A stretch of DNA of 64,000 nt. It comes from a virus. The DNA lies in the IMG/VR virus record IMGVR_UViG_3300007511_000004, positions 1 through 64,000 of that record; one strand, written 5' to 3'. Made by a program: the position numbers and the translations under genes. Numbering within the stretch: position 1 is the stretch's first letter; the number at the start of each line of letters is the position of its first letter. The notes under the pieces are model-generated. The model worked only from the letters and a program-made list of their open reading frames with translations. It was not told the DNA's origin and made no database searches. This document shows positions 1-10,054 of the stretch, piece after piece.

Positions 1-2
1 AA

Positions 3-119
3 TTCCGGGCAGAAGACGCTGATGTACCTACAGAAGAGGTTTCATCATTTACTTCTGCCGATCAGGATCCGGGTGAGGAAGATACCCTGTCCTACTTCGC
101 TAAGCTAGCCGCCGGTTAA
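3..119 (+). CDS. gp32: 3' end of T4-like single-stranded DNA-binding protein (partial)
   Basis: Manual translation of frame 3 gives ...EEVSSFTSADQDPGEEDTLSYFAKLAAG*. The acidic tail ending in DTLSYFAKLA is typical of gp32 in marine T4-like phages. Not in the ORF track. Confidence 0.75.
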   Translation, partial: FRAEDADVPTEEVSSFTSADQDPGEEDTLSYFAKLAAG

Positions 120-1807
120 CGATAACCGTACATACCACTACCGGGTATACCTTGATACGTTCGGTTAAATCTATTATCGATAGTATCACCTATAGGAAGT
201 TTCGGAGCTTCAACATTAACAATCGGGGCGGGAGCTGGCTGGCTTCCGCCCTGAACTATTACTACAGGACTGCTACCACCTTCAGCAGAAAGAAGTGAAC
301 CTGCGCTCTGTCGAAGTCCTACTGGTAATTGCATAATTGCTTCATCTGACATAGATTGACGATATAAAGCGTTTGCTTGATTATAAAGTTCTTGGGCTCT
401 ATCCCCTAATGGGCCGTCTGGTTTTACAAAGGCGCCATTTTCAATTGCACCCATAGATTCCAGACGATTTCTAAGATTACCTAATTGAGTTCGGATATCT
501 ACATAATTATTTCCAAATGGAACAGCCATAGCCGCATCTTCTGCAGCAAGCTCAGGATTAATGTTCGCAATAGGACCAAAATAATCCTTTACCCTTTGTC
601 TAGCTAAATCCTGAACGTCTTCGCCCATCGCTTCAAGCATATTATCATTTCTATGATTCTGGATAGAATCTCGAATAGCTTGATCTATAATTTCATTCGG
701 GTCTCGATTAGGATTCATATTTATTGCAGTTGCTGCATTTGTGATAGCACCATTCGCAATGCTTTCCGCTGCTTCTTGTACTCTTGCTCGGTGCTCTTCT
801 GCAGTTTCCCCCAGCTTTTGAGAAGTTTGCAAAGCTTTACCAGTATTAATAATACCAGCGTTATCTCTACTATCAACAGTCGTTCCCTGCATAGTTCTTA
901 GTTTGGCGGCTTCTCTTATTCCGGCAGCCATTTCAGCCATCCCAGCAACATTGCTGGCTTCTGCTTGTTCTAATCTTTCATTAAACAGTTTAGTATTTTC
1001 TAGTGTTCTAGGATCATCAGGACCATAGTTTTCATTAGCATATATCATATCATCTAATGCCATTTGAAGTTGTCTAGAAACTAAGCCTACGTTCCCAGCT
1101 TCAATGGCAGCTGAACTTGCGGCCATTAGATTATCAACATTTTCTTGAGCCTTGGCTGTTTCACGATCAATATATCTTTGTAAAGCTTTGCCGAGGCCTA
1201 TACCGAATCCTGCAATACCAGATACTAGCATTCCAGCTGGCCCAAACATATATCCTATAGAGACCCCTTTGGCGGTCCATTCTGAAACGTCACCTAATGT
1301 TTGGCTTCCAGTGACTTCAGTAAGAAAATCGCCAAGTTCTTCAGCTGCAAAATATCCAATGCCAGCGACCAAGCCCTTTGATGCGGGTCCAACCAGTCTG
1401 GATAGCACCTTCTTTCCACCACCCCCACCTAATATGGATCCAAGACCAAATCCCCCTAATAGTGGGCCTAATATACCACCACCGCCACCAGAAGAGCCCT
1501 CGTCCTGAGGACTTCCTCCTCCGATGCGCCCGGCAGCTGCAGCACCACCATGAATGAAGGACCCGCCGACGGTCTTTCTCATCGCTTCACGATTTTGTTC
1601 TAAATCATCGAGCGTGGGTTTGAGACCCGCAAGTATATCTTCGGCTACCCCGGTTAGTTTCCTCAATCCGGCAACCACATTATCAGTATTATGCTTTACC
1701 TGGACAGTTTCCAACGCAATCAAGGCCAGGAGAGCTTGGTTGGTATCGAAGCCCCCATCAGGTCCATTACTCTGTCTTAATGTGCTACTTACGTTTGTTA
1801 GACTCAT
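116..1807 (-). CDS. Putative tape-measure / baseplate hub protein (gp29-like)
   Basis: 563 aa, Ala/Gly-rich and helical with Gly-rich hydrophobic segments. Lies directly downstream of gp26/gp51 with an ATGA overlap. Size is similar to T4 gp29. Confidence 0.5.
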   Translation of the reverse strand: MSLTNVSSTLRQSNGPDGGFDTNQALLALIALETVQVKHNTDNVVAGLRKLTGVAEDILAGLKPTLDDLEQNREAMRKTVGGSFIHGGAAAAGRIGGGSPQDEGSSGGGGGILGPLLGGFGLGSILGGGGGKKVLSRLVGPASKGLVAGIGYFAAEELGDFLTEVTGSQTLGDVSEWTAKGVSIGYMFGPAGMLVSGIAGFGIGLGKALQRYIDRETAKAQENVDNLMAASSAAIEAGNVGLVSRQLQMALDDMIYANENYGPDDPRTLENTKLFNERLEQAEASNVAGMAEMAAGIREAAKLRTMQGTTVDSRDNAGIINTGKALQTSQKLGETAEEHRARVQEAAESIANGAITNAATAINMNPNRDPNEIIDQAIRDSIQNHRNDNMLEAMGEDVQDLARQRVKDYFGPIANINPELAAEDAAMAVPFGNNYVDIRTQLGNLRNRLESMGAIENGAFVKPDGPLGDRAQELYNQANALYRQSMSDEAIMQLPVGLRQSAGSLLSAEGGSSPVVIVQGGSQPAPAPIVNVEAPKLPIGDTIDNRFNRTYQGIPGSGMYGYR

Positions 1808-1923
1808 TGGTTAGCCTTTGCTTTTTTCTCTTCTAGATGCTGTAATAGCAAGCCGACATAAATGTCTCTTTCATAGGGTAGCATATTATCCAGTTCAGTC
1901 AGACTGTATTTGTGGTGCTGCAT
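1804..1923 (-). CDS. gp51: Small baseplate hub assembly chaperone (gp51-like); possibly made as a -1 frameshift extension of gp26
   Basis: Manual translation MQHHKYSLTELDNMLPYERDIYVGLLLQHLEEKKAKANQ*, matching the conserved MQHHKYSLTE.. peptide of marine T4-likes. The frame is open upstream to the T8 run at the gp26 stop. Confidence 0.75.
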   Translation of the reverse strand: MQHHKYSLTELDNMLPYERDIYVGLLLQHLEEKKAKANQ

Positions 1924-1976
1924 TAATGCGAAATTGGTCTTATAATGATTGAGGAGATTATCATTACTCGACCATA

Positions 1977-2684
1977 TTAAAAAAAATGTTTAGCTTCTTT
2001 CACTTCATAATGATTGTCGTGACCGCATGAGATACATTTAAAATCAATATTATAAATTAGTTTTGGCCGGGATTCAACAAATCCGTGAATTTCTTTAAAC
2101 TGTTGCTCGCTTAAAGACTCTACGAAGTTAATAACGTCTTCAAATTTTTCCTCAGATACGTCAATGACTTCATCATTGGTGTATATTAATTTGATTGAAT
2201 GGGCAATAGTTTTAATAACCTTTTCATGCCGCTCTATTGCGTTCATTAAATCTTCATCATCAATCAATTGCAAAAATGATGGGATTTTTAGCTCAACAGA
2301 TATGTTGTCGTCTAATTTAATTTTTTTATTCGGCTCTTTTTGTTCACTGATTACAGAATCTATATTCACAGATACTTCATTTGCGGTATTGCATTTAGAA
2401 CATTTTATTTTTAAATTTGCTTCTTCTCCCGAAGATTTAGAACGAATCTTAGTAAACATATACTCCAGATCGTACATTGTCAGTTCGCTAATATCTGCTT
2501 GATCCCCAATACAAGATTGTACCGTTTCAGCGATTGCTTTATATCCATGTTTTTTATCTTCCGACTGAAAAGCTGTTAAAAGCACTTTTTCTTCTTTAAC
2601 CTTATAAGGTCGAAAACGGATTTCTTTACCAGTAGAAGGGATAACTAAGTCATATTTTGGGGTGTCGTTTAATGTAGGAATCAT
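1977..2684 (-). CDS. gp26: Baseplate hub subunit/chaperone
   Basis: PKYDLVIPSTGKEIRFRPYKVKEEKVLL, DLEYMFTKIRSKSSGE, two CxxC pairs, ends in FF*. Confidence 0.85.
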   Translation of the reverse strand: MIPTLNDTPKYDLVIPSTGKEIRFRPYKVKEEKVLLTAFQSEDKKHGYKAIAETVQSCIGDQADISELTMYDLEYMFTKIRSKSSGEEANLKIKCSKCNTANEVSVNIDSVISEQKEPNKKIKLDDNISVELKIPSFLQLIDDEDLMNAIERHEKVIKTIAHSIKLIYTNDEVIDVSEEKFEDVINFVESLSEQQFKEIHGFVESRPKLIYNIDFKCISCGHDNHYEVKEAKHFF

Positions 2685-3259
2685 TATTTGTTAATCCATC
2701 TTTTATATGATAATTGTACACTCAATTCTACTGGCTCGCCATTCGCATCATTAAATTGTACTGGGGTTATTGTAGTAGGGTAGGCATTTATTAGTTCAAC
2801 GCCGCTCATCCTCTTCGTCACTGGATCGCCATACTCATTGGGGGACCCAGCAATCGGGTGTCTTCGGCCGTCTTTCGATAGTTGGAAAATGTGAACACTT
2901 CTGGTATATTCATTCCGGTATTTGGGATAATGGACATCGGCACGGCCATGCGCCACAGCCCCCATCTGCCAGCCTTCGAAATACGATTTTACCCAATGAT
3001 CTTCGGTAAGATTAAATGTTAATGTTACATCGTCGTGAGCATATCCGTATGCAACCTTCTCGTGAGATAATCCGACTCTCCGGTCTACTGAAAGTATCTG
3101 TTTGCCCGGCAAATTAGAAGCTTTACATAGAACTTCGATATCGCGTTCCATGCCGTCATCGGCTGGGGGTAATTTAATAGCAAATTTATTACTTTTAGCA
3201 AATCCGCCGCCGTTCCCCATTACACTTTTGAGTTCGCCAACACTGAATTCGGTTATCAT
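2684..3259 (-). CDS. Tail tube-fold protein (gp54/gp19-like tail tube initiator)
   Basis: GGFAKSNKF, LCKASNLPGK, VTLTF..YFEGWQ, ELINAYPT, SVQLSYKRW tube-family motifs; synteny. Confidence 0.7.
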   Translation of the reverse strand: MITEFSVGELKSVMGNGGGFAKSNKFAIKLPPADDGMERDIEVLCKASNLPGKQILSVDRRVGLSHEKVAYGYAHDDVTLTFNLTEDHWVKSYFEGWQMGAVAHGRADVHYPKYRNEYTRSVHIFQLSKDGRRHPIAGSPNEYGDPVTKRMSGVELINAYPTTITPVQFNDANGEPVELSVQLSYKRWINK

Positions 3260-3843
3260 TAGATCATTCTCCTAGAATCTCTATAGACTTTATTTTCTGA
3301 AGCCTTTTTAAATTGAGCAGTTGGTAGAAACGTTGCGATCTCCCACTCGGGCGGGGGGATGTACGCAAATTTACTTTTTACGTGATTACTTAGGTAATGT
3401 TTAAAACAGGGCTTAAAGTGTCTAAGGGTGCCTGACGATTTCAATAGATCGTAATTTGCAGCTATTCGAGTAGATTCATCGAACTTCTTATTATTTAAAT
3501 TGGCCATCAATGCGTCCAATAATTTAGCTCTGAGTACTGGTGGGAGATAATGAAGATTTAGCCCATGAAACCCACCTTCGGCTGGTCCGACTAGAACTAC
3601 AAGGGGGAAGGTATCATAATAGGGTAACGTTTCTTTATGTTTAGGATCGTAAAAATACATATACATGCTACCAGGTTTGAATTCACCTACTTGTTTGATA
3701 GGATCCTCCCGCATGAGGGCTCTTCGATTAATCCCCGACATTTCGTCGGCTTTCTTACGGAACCAAGCAATGGATCGCTTAGTCCTCGGGGTAACCCCGT
3801 TTCGGAAAGCTTCGAGTTCCAACTTCTGGAAGATATTAGACAT
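3259..3843 (-). CDS. gp2: DNA end protector protein
   Basis: MYMYFYDPKHKETLPYYDTFPLV, GLNLHYLPP, PCFKHYL, EWEIATFLPTAQF. Confidence 0.92.
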   Translation of the reverse strand: MSNIFQKLELEAFRNGVTPRTKRSIAWFRKKADEMSGINRRALMREDPIKQVGEFKPGSMYMYFYDPKHKETLPYYDTFPLVVLVGPAEGGFHGLNLHYLPPVLRAKLLDALMANLNNKKFDESTRIAANYDLLKSSGTLRHFKPCFKHYLSNHVKSKFAYIPPPEWEIATFLPTAQFKKASENKVYRDSRRMI

Positions 3844-3848
3844 ATATT

Positions 3849-4361
3849 TTATTTCCTAGACTTCTTCCTTTTATTTATGGTACTTTTCTTCGCTTTTGGA
3901 AGCGGTTTTAATTTAGGAAGCTTTCGATCTTTCATGATCCCCATTTTCTTTAAAGTATCCTCGGTCCAAATTTCAAATACCCAACCCCGGTCAGCCGCAT
4001 ATTCTTTCGCAGCTTCCCATTTATTCTGATTTTTTATAAAGGTGAGTGACTCATTTAAATACCTTTTAGTCCGTCTCCCTTTGAATTCAGGAGCAGTGGT
4101 TTCCTTCTTAGGTTTAATCTCTATCAATATAATCCTATCATCATAGTGGATTAGCAGATCTACGAAATATCGATGATACCGCTTATCGACATCATAATAA
4201 TATGGCACCACAACTTCTTCACTTGACCACTTCTTTACTCCAGGGGTAACATCACACCACATAAAGCAGTATTTTTCCCACATAGATCGATATACGACTT
4301 TATCCGGATCACCCCGATACTTGTTCCTATTTTTTACTCTATATACTCCAGAATAAGCCAT
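3849..4361 (-). CDS. gp4: Head completion nuclease
   Basis: MAYSG...KYRGDP..VVYRSMWE, WSSEE, HRYFVD, IEIKP, NQNKWEAA. The likely start is the ATG at 4361 (track gives 4373). Confidence 0.92.
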   Translation of the reverse strand: MAYSGVYRVKNRNKYRGDPDKVVYRSMWEKYCFMWCDVTPGVKKWSSEEVVVPYYYDVDKRYHRYFVDLLIHYDDRIILIEIKPKKETTAPEFKGRRTKRYLNESLTFIKNQNKWEAAKEYAADRGWVFEIWTEDTLKKMGIMKDRKLPKLKPLPKAKKSTINKRKKSRK

Positions 4362-4370
4362 TAAATCCCA

Positions 4371-4402
4371 CATAAATAAACTAGAAAGACTTATTTATTT
4401 AT
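4371..4402. promoter_or_regulatory. Divergent T4-type late promoters between gp4 and gp48
   Basis: CATAAATA at 4371-4378 (+) and ATAAATAAATAA on the minus strand at about 4391-4402. Confidence 0.6.
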
Positions 4403-4414
4403 CGGTAGAGTTAT

Positions 4415-5293
4415 ATGACTAAGAAACTACAATACCCAAGAGATACTGACGATTTCGAGGGAAACGCGCAGATTGTCTTTAGCCGGCTGAGGGCAGTCAA
4501 CACGCACACGCACCCAGGCATGGGGGCCGAAGAATCAGTCGTAGTGGACCCGGGGACCGGCGAAGGGTTAATACCGGAAGAAGTAATCCGGATGTTCGTC
4601 CCGCCGGGTCTAGTGTTTCCTGATGGTTCTCAATATTCCAATACCGATTTAGGATTGGCCGGTGGCATGGTTGCATCGGCAGCTAGGGGCAAGATAGGTG
4701 AAGATGCAGCAAAGGCGGTGGAGAACATAAACTGGGACGAAGCCAAAGACTTCGCCTCTGGCGCTTTGATCGCCACTGGATTATCTGTAGCGGCGATGGC
4801 TGCAGGCAAACTTTTCGGTGATACCTTTGCCGGGGCAGTCGGCGGTGCAGTAGGGGTTGGAGCTCTAAGCCCCGGATTGAACTTCGGGACTGGAAGGGTT
4901 TTTAACCCCAACACCAAATCGCTCTTTCAGGGAGTTAATATCCGAAGCTTTACTTTCCAATTCCATATGATCCCCCAATCAGCCTTAGAGGCTGAGTCCG
5001 TTGCGGAGATCACCAAGATCTTTAGAAAGCACGTTTACCCCGAAAAAGTTACCACTGGGCTTTCTGTTAAATTTCCGGATAAATGGTTGGTCGAGATTTT
5101 TCCTGGCCCACTGGAAACGAAAGACGATTACAAGATTAAATTTAAGCCCGCGTTCCTGACAAGCATGAGTCGTACATATAACCCCACTGCAACTTCGTTC
5201 CATGCTGACGGTGCACCAGTCGAGACTTTAATTACATTGAATTTCACCGAAAGTGTGACAATCGATCAACAAGATGTTGAGGATGGATTCTAA
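4415..5293 (+). CDS. gp48: Baseplate tail tube cap
   Basis: LQYP start, FNPNTKSLFQGVNIRSFTFQFHMIPQSALEA, YNP...FHADGAPVET.ITLNFTE. Confidence 0.88.
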   Translation: MTKKLQYPRDTDDFEGNAQIVFSRLRAVNTHTHPGMGAEESVVVDPGTGEGLIPEEVIRMFVPPGLVFPDGSQYSNTDLGLAGGMVASAARGKIGEDAAKAVENINWDEAKDFASGALIATGLSVAAMAAGKLFGDTFAGAVGGAVGVGALSPGLNFGTGRVFNPNTKSLFQGVNIRSFTFQFHMIPQSALEAESVAEITKIFRKHVYPEKVTTGLSVKFPDKWLVEIFPGPLETKDDYKIKFKPAFLTSMSRTYNPTATSFHADGAPVETLITLNFTESVTIDQQDVEDGF

Positions 5294-6006
5294 TGCCATA
5301 TTTTAATAATTTCCCACAAACCTCTTATAAATTCGGAAATGAGAATTATGAGGTATCATTCCCCAATCTTACGGTTTATTCAGAGATTCTAGATGAAATT
5401 AAAAGTTCCGGTGTGTTCTATACCGAATATTATATTAAGCAGGGGGCTAGACCGGATCAGGTTTCATATGAATTATATGATAACCCAAAACACCACTGGA
5501 CGTTCTATCTACTTAATGATAAAATACGTGAACAAGGTTGGCCGCTTGATTACGATAATCTACAGGTAAAGATAAAAGAAAATTTTCCTAACACAACTAT
5601 TGTTACTCGTAATGAGATCTATGATAAATTTCTAGTCGGTAAAACCTTTACGGGTCTAACATCAGAAACTACTGCAACAGTTATTAAACGTAACCTTGAT
5701 TTGGGCCAGATCGTGGTATCAGGGACTAAGACCTTTACTGATGGCGAACTACTTGTAGATGAGGACGATAATACTATTACTCTCAATTCTGCAACGCCTG
5801 AAAAGGATTCGATTATATTCTACAGAGATGCGAATAAAGAAATTATCGATATCGATCCCTTTACTGGTCCGAGCGAGGGAGCGACCGGGGTAACCCATTC
5901 CGAATATTTTGATGAGCAAACTACCGAGATGAGACACATCATAGTATTAAAACCAGAAGTGCTCGAAAGAGTAGTTAATGAATTTAGAAGAGTCGTGACA
6001 CAGTAA
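5293..6006 (+). CDS. gp53: Baseplate wedge subunit
   Basis: MPYFNNFP, YYIKQGARPDQVSYELYDNPKHHWTFYLLND, WPL. Confidence 0.88.
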   Translation: MPYFNNFPQTSYKFGNENYEVSFPNLTVYSEILDEIKSSGVFYTEYYIKQGARPDQVSYELYDNPKHHWTFYLLNDKIREQGWPLDYDNLQVKIKENFPNTTIVTRNEIYDKFLVGKTFTGLTSETTATVIKRNLDLGQIVVSGTKTFTDGELLVDEDDNTITLNSATPEKDSIIFYRDANKEIIDIDPFTGPSEGATGVTHSEYFDEQTTEMRHIIVLKPEVLERVVNEFRRVVTQ

Positions 6007-7349
6007 TGGAAATCGGAACCGGTGCATATGCATACCAGTGGAAAAAGGCTTTACTTTCCGCTGATCGAGGGGGCGAGCTGGATATTGCGGATGCGATCCA
6101 AGAACTCAACGTCTATGAGACACTCGAACGAAACTTCCTTACTGGTGAGATAATCCTCATTGATAATTTCAACTTGAATGAATTCGTGAACTGGCAAGGT
6201 ACCGAATACTTTGATGTTGAAATAGTTCGGCCTGGAACGGATGATCAGATTGTCTTCAAAAAGAGATTTATAGTAAATAAGATTAACATCTCGAGGAAAT
6301 CCGGCCTAGCCTCTGCAGTTTATTCACTTGGTATAGTGGAGGATATTTTCTATAAGAGTTATATTGAAGTGAATAATGGGGCTTATGAAGGTAGGCCACA
6401 TGATATTATTTCATCTATATTAAAAGACTCCGGATTAGAAAAAGATCTTAAAGTAGATACGCCACCAGACCAGGGTGGGGTAAGGTACTTGGTCCCATCT
6501 ATCCCACCTTTACATGCCATCTCCAAATTAACCGAGATCTCTACGGATCCTGATGGTCTTCCATACTATTGTTATTCAGAGCTCGGATCGGATGAGTTGA
6601 TATTTAAATCGCTGGGAGAAATGCTAGCGGATGTGCTCCACCCCGAAGACTTCGAATTTAATGCAAATAAAGCGCTTCGAGACGTATCTGGAACTGGAGA
6701 GCCGGCGCACTCACTAGGCAGAAACATAGATGACTACAAGCATTGGAACAGTCAGGATCTATTGCACCAAGTTAATAGAGGAACAATTGGGTCTGAATGG
6801 ACCTTCCTGAACCTGAATCAATTTGTTACCAGAGAATCTCACCACTCCATTACCGACCTTTACGTACCATTGAAAAAGCATCTCCCGGAGGGTCAGGAGA
6901 TTGTAGGTTATGATGAGATAGCATTCGGGGGATTACATAATAAGAAATCTCGAGAGATCGTTTTCCCATTTTTAAGTAACGTTTACGATGATGATATGTA
7001 CAATATACATGATGTCGATGGCATTAATGGTCACAATAAACGGATAAAAGCCCATGCGCTTCGTGCGCTGGCGTCAAAAGATCCCATTGATATCAAATTA
7101 CCGGGCTATCATTTCTTCCCATCCTTGGAAGGGAAAGGTAACAGTATCGGCAAAGTAATACCACTATTATTCTACAATAACAATCTCGACCAAGATCTTG
7201 AAACTGATCCGCTTGCCGTTATCGACTATAAAATGTCTGGCCAATATTTAGTTTATAACTGCCGTCATCGTTTCGGGCAGATTAAATATGATGTATCGAT
7301 AACCTGTACTAAATTCTCAAACAAACGTAGGACCGCTTCCGATGATTAA
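6006..7349 (+). CDS. Baseplate hub protein (gp27-like)
   Basis: ELNVYETL..FLTGEIILID, MSGQYLVYNCRHRF; located between gp53 and gp5. Confidence 0.6.
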   Translation: MEIGTGAYAYQWKKALLSADRGGELDIADAIQELNVYETLERNFLTGEIILIDNFNLNEFVNWQGTEYFDVEIVRPGTDDQIVFKKRFIVNKINISRKSGLASAVYSLGIVEDIFYKSYIEVNNGAYEGRPHDIISSILKDSGLEKDLKVDTPPDQGGVRYLVPSIPPLHAISKLTEISTDPDGLPYYCYSELGSDELIFKSLGEMLADVLHPEDFEFNANKALRDVSGTGEPAHSLGRNIDDYKHWNSQDLLHQVNRGTIGSEWTFLNLNQFVTRESHHSITDLYVPLKKHLPEGQEIVGYDEIAFGGLHNKKSREIVFPFLSNVYDDDMYNIHDVDGINGHNKRIKAHALRALASKDPIDIKLPGYHFFPSLEGKGNSIGKVIPLLFYNNNLDQDLETDPLAVIDYKMSGQYLVYNCRHRFGQIKYDVSITCTKFSNKRRTASDD

Positions 7350-8184
7350 ATCATATTATGGGGATAATCTAAAATGGTGGTTCGGCGTAGTTATTAACAC
7401 GAAAGACGATCCGCTAGAGACCGGGCGAGCTAAGGTCAGGATCTATGGGGTACATGGTACTACAGTTCCAGATAGGGCGTTGCCCTGGGCATCAGTCATT
7501 GTCCCAACTACTGAAGGTGGGGTATCTGGCATTGGTCAGAACCCTCTATTGAAACCTGGTGCAAGGGTTATAGGATTTTTCCTTGATGGCGATGAAGCAC
7601 AGAATCCTGTTATATGGGGTTCCTTACCGGGAATAGAAGGATCGATCGAACATACGGCAGGGCCAGCTGTGGGTACGAGTGGCCCAGCAAATGAAAGTAC
7701 GGTAGCTCCCTTAAAGAATCCATCTGATGTGAGTGGCGGGTATCCTGCAGATCTATCTCGGGGAGAGATTGAAGGATGGATCCGCCAAGAGTCGGTGGCG
7801 CGGGGGATTAATCCGGAGGTTGCTATAACGGTATTCCGGCACGAGGGGGCTGGTTCATATCAATCTAGTGTGCCTAGATCTGGCAAGGGATCATTGAATG
7901 GACGTGAAGCTTCCTTTGGACCATATCAATTGTATGTTGGTGGCGGATTAGGAAACGACTACCAAAAGCGAACGGGTAGATCGCTTGTAAGAGATAATAC
8001 CAGAGATGGTATTTTGAATCAGATCAGGTACTCTTTGGACCAGGCTGCGCTGGGAGGTTGGTCACCGTGGTACGGATTCGATGCAGCATACGGCAGGAGA
8101 CGAGATTCTAACAACCGGCCCACTGATCTAGCACACTATAGGCGTGGTCTTACAAATGCCACTGCTATTAATAACTGGGGTTAA
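7342..8184 (+). CDS. gp5: gp5 N-terminal OB-fold fused to a lysozyme/transglycosylase-like domain
   Basis: WWFGVVINTKDDPLETGRAKVRIYGVH..LPWA..VIGFFLDG..Q.PVIWGS; C-terminal half has GINPEVAITVFRHEG, SFGPYQL, GWSPWYG. Confidence 0.8.
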   Translation: MIKSYYGDNLKWWFGVVINTKDDPLETGRAKVRIYGVHGTTVPDRALPWASVIVPTTEGGVSGIGQNPLLKPGARVIGFFLDGDEAQNPVIWGSLPGIEGSIEHTAGPAVGTSGPANESTVAPLKNPSDVSGGYPADLSRGEIEGWIRQESVARGINPEVAITVFRHEGAGSYQSSVPRSGKGSLNGREASFGPYQLYVGGGLGNDYQKRTGRSLVRDNTRDGILNQIRYSLDQAALGGWSPWYGFDAAYGRRRDSNNRPTDLAHYRRGLTNATAINNWG

Positions 8185-8186
8185 GA

Positions 8187-10046
8187 ATGACTGTAAGCAC
8201 AGAAAGTTTAAATAAGGCGGTTGGCCAGGTTTCGGGTAATGTTAGTACTACTACCGATCAAGCAAGATCTGAATTAATTGATTTATCAACCGCTGCACGT
8301 GCTACCAATTTCCAGGGGACCGCCGGAGAGGTGCTTGCGGGGATAGAGGCTGTGGCGTCCGTAGCGTCCACTAGCGTGCCGCTAGCGACCCTAACTGAAT
8401 CTATCCCTGGCCTATCCCAGGAATTAATACAGCAGATCGATCCTGGACTAATGGCAGGATTGAATGCGCTAGAGGGAACTTCCTCGTCTGCAGGAACCGC
8501 TTCGGAAGCATTCTTACACGAGGTAATTACGACCGGAACACCACAAGCAATCAATTCTGCTCTAAATGAACTTACTGGCAAATCCCCCAATCAACTTAAT
8601 AGAATATTGAGGGATATTGCTCCCAATGACGTTAAGGATCTGATTCTTGATGGTTTAAAGGAATTCGATGATGGTAAGGTAATAACTGGAAATAAGACAG
8701 AGAAAACCCTTGACACTATCAAAAATATATTGGGACAAGCCATCCCTAACATATCGGTTGCCGTGATCGATAATATTGCAATTGATCTTGATCCCGACAC
8801 TCAAAAGATTTTACAGGACGTATTGAATACCAACCGAATCCAGAATGATATCAAGGTTAGTATTCTTGAAAAAGTTTACAGGAAACAATTCCAAGCTGCT
8901 GCAGAAGTTGTAAGAAGTCAGAATGGTGAAATGTCGGATTTGGATGCCATCGTTAACGAGCTATTAAAGATCGAACTAAATCCTAGTAAGATGATTGGCG
9001 ATGCTCAGGATATGTCTACCATAAAAGAGGTAGATCATTCATATAAAAGCTTCGGTGCCGGTAATCACAGATTTGAATTTGTCGACACTGCCGAGGAGTT
9101 TGAGGCTATTATCGCTTCATCTGCTAGACCTATAAACACATTCGTTACATATAGCACTGGTACTACCATTGACGTCGATGCTAAATTTATTAACCAGATA
9201 CATACTGATGCAGGGTTCGATGGCATCCAATACCATTTCATTATTCGAAGAGACGGACGAGTGCAAATGGGTCGGCCTTTAAATACTGCAGGCTCTTCGG
9301 TATCGGGTTCGGATGTAGATCGAATTGTTAGTATTGCATTTATTGGGAATTCCGAAATTAATGTAGCCCAGGGTAAATCGTATCGGGAAATGATGAAAGC
9401 GGTATATCGGATTATCCCGGGCGCTTCCGTGGTTGAAGCGGCTGCTTTGGCCAATGTCGATAAAAGGGATCCGTCGGCACCACCGCCAACCGGATTCAGT
9501 CCTGAAACGGTCAACCCGTGTGTGTTCGGGGCAAGTGGGGGCACAAGCACTATTCCTGGCCAGGGATTAGAAGCAATTCAGGGTGAGCCGGGGCTAGAAA
9601 CAGCACTGCAGGCAGATCTCATCAACATCTTGACCCAGGCTGCAAATAATACCGCGGGGGTAAGTGGCTTACAGACTACTTCCGGCATAATCGGTAGAAC
9701 AAATTCGATTGGATCTGGGAGACATTATGAGGGATGGGCTTCAGATACCGCAATTCTAACAGGATCAGATAATCGTAGATGCTCAGTTACTGTTAGCGAA
9801 GATTTGACAATTATTCAAAACTTTACTCAGAATTTTATCAATATTGCCAGGTCAAGTGGATACCGCCCATCCGTAGGAATTGCCAATCCCGCCCTACCTC
9901 AGCATCTTTACATGAATGGTACGTCCTTCCATTATGATATTGCTGCCGGTATGACAACTGCCAAAGTAGTTAAAGCAGCTATTTGGGGGCACGATGAGGG
10001 CGCGGAAAGATACCCACCTAGCTGGCTCATGAAGATGTATTATTAG
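8187..10046 (+). CDS. Baseplate-associated cell-wall hydrolase: amidase_2-like plus M15-like peptidase domain
   Basis: INQIH..GFDGIQYHFIIRRDGRVQMGRP (T7-lysozyme-type amidase, first Zn-His apparently replaced). GRHYEGWASD...FHYD resembles the M15 HxxGxAxD/H motif. Confidence 0.6.
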   Translation: MTVSTESLNKAVGQVSGNVSTTTDQARSELIDLSTAARATNFQGTAGEVLAGIEAVASVASTSVPLATLTESIPGLSQELIQQIDPGLMAGLNALEGTSSSAGTASEAFLHEVITTGTPQAINSALNELTGKSPNQLNRILRDIAPNDVKDLILDGLKEFDDGKVITGNKTEKTLDTIKNILGQAIPNISVAVIDNIAIDLDPDTQKILQDVLNTNRIQNDIKVSILEKVYRKQFQAAAEVVRSQNGEMSDLDAIVNELLKIELNPSKMIGDAQDMSTIKEVDHSYKSFGAGNHRFEFVDTAEEFEAIIASSARPINTFVTYSTGTTIDVDAKFINQIHTDAGFDGIQYHFIIRRDGRVQMGRPLNTAGSSVSGSDVDRIVSIAFIGNSEINVAQGKSYREMMKAVYRIIPGASVVEAAALANVDKRDPSAPPPTGFSPETVNPCVFGASGGTSTIPGQGLEAIQGEPGLETALQADLINILTQAANNTAGVSGLQTTSGIIGRTNSIGSGRHYEGWASDTAILTGSDNRRCSVTVSEDLTIIQNFTQNFINIARSSGYRPSVGIANPALPQHLYMNGTSFHYDIAAGMTTAKVVKAAIWGHDEGAERYPPSWLMKMYY

Positions 10047-10054
10047 GAATTACT

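Noticed and set aside
653-2502. Plus-strand ORFs of 82-118 aa opposite the tape-measure candidate and gp26
   Set aside because: Antisense shadows without an SD or recognisable motifs; the same applies to the other short overlapping ORFs in the track.
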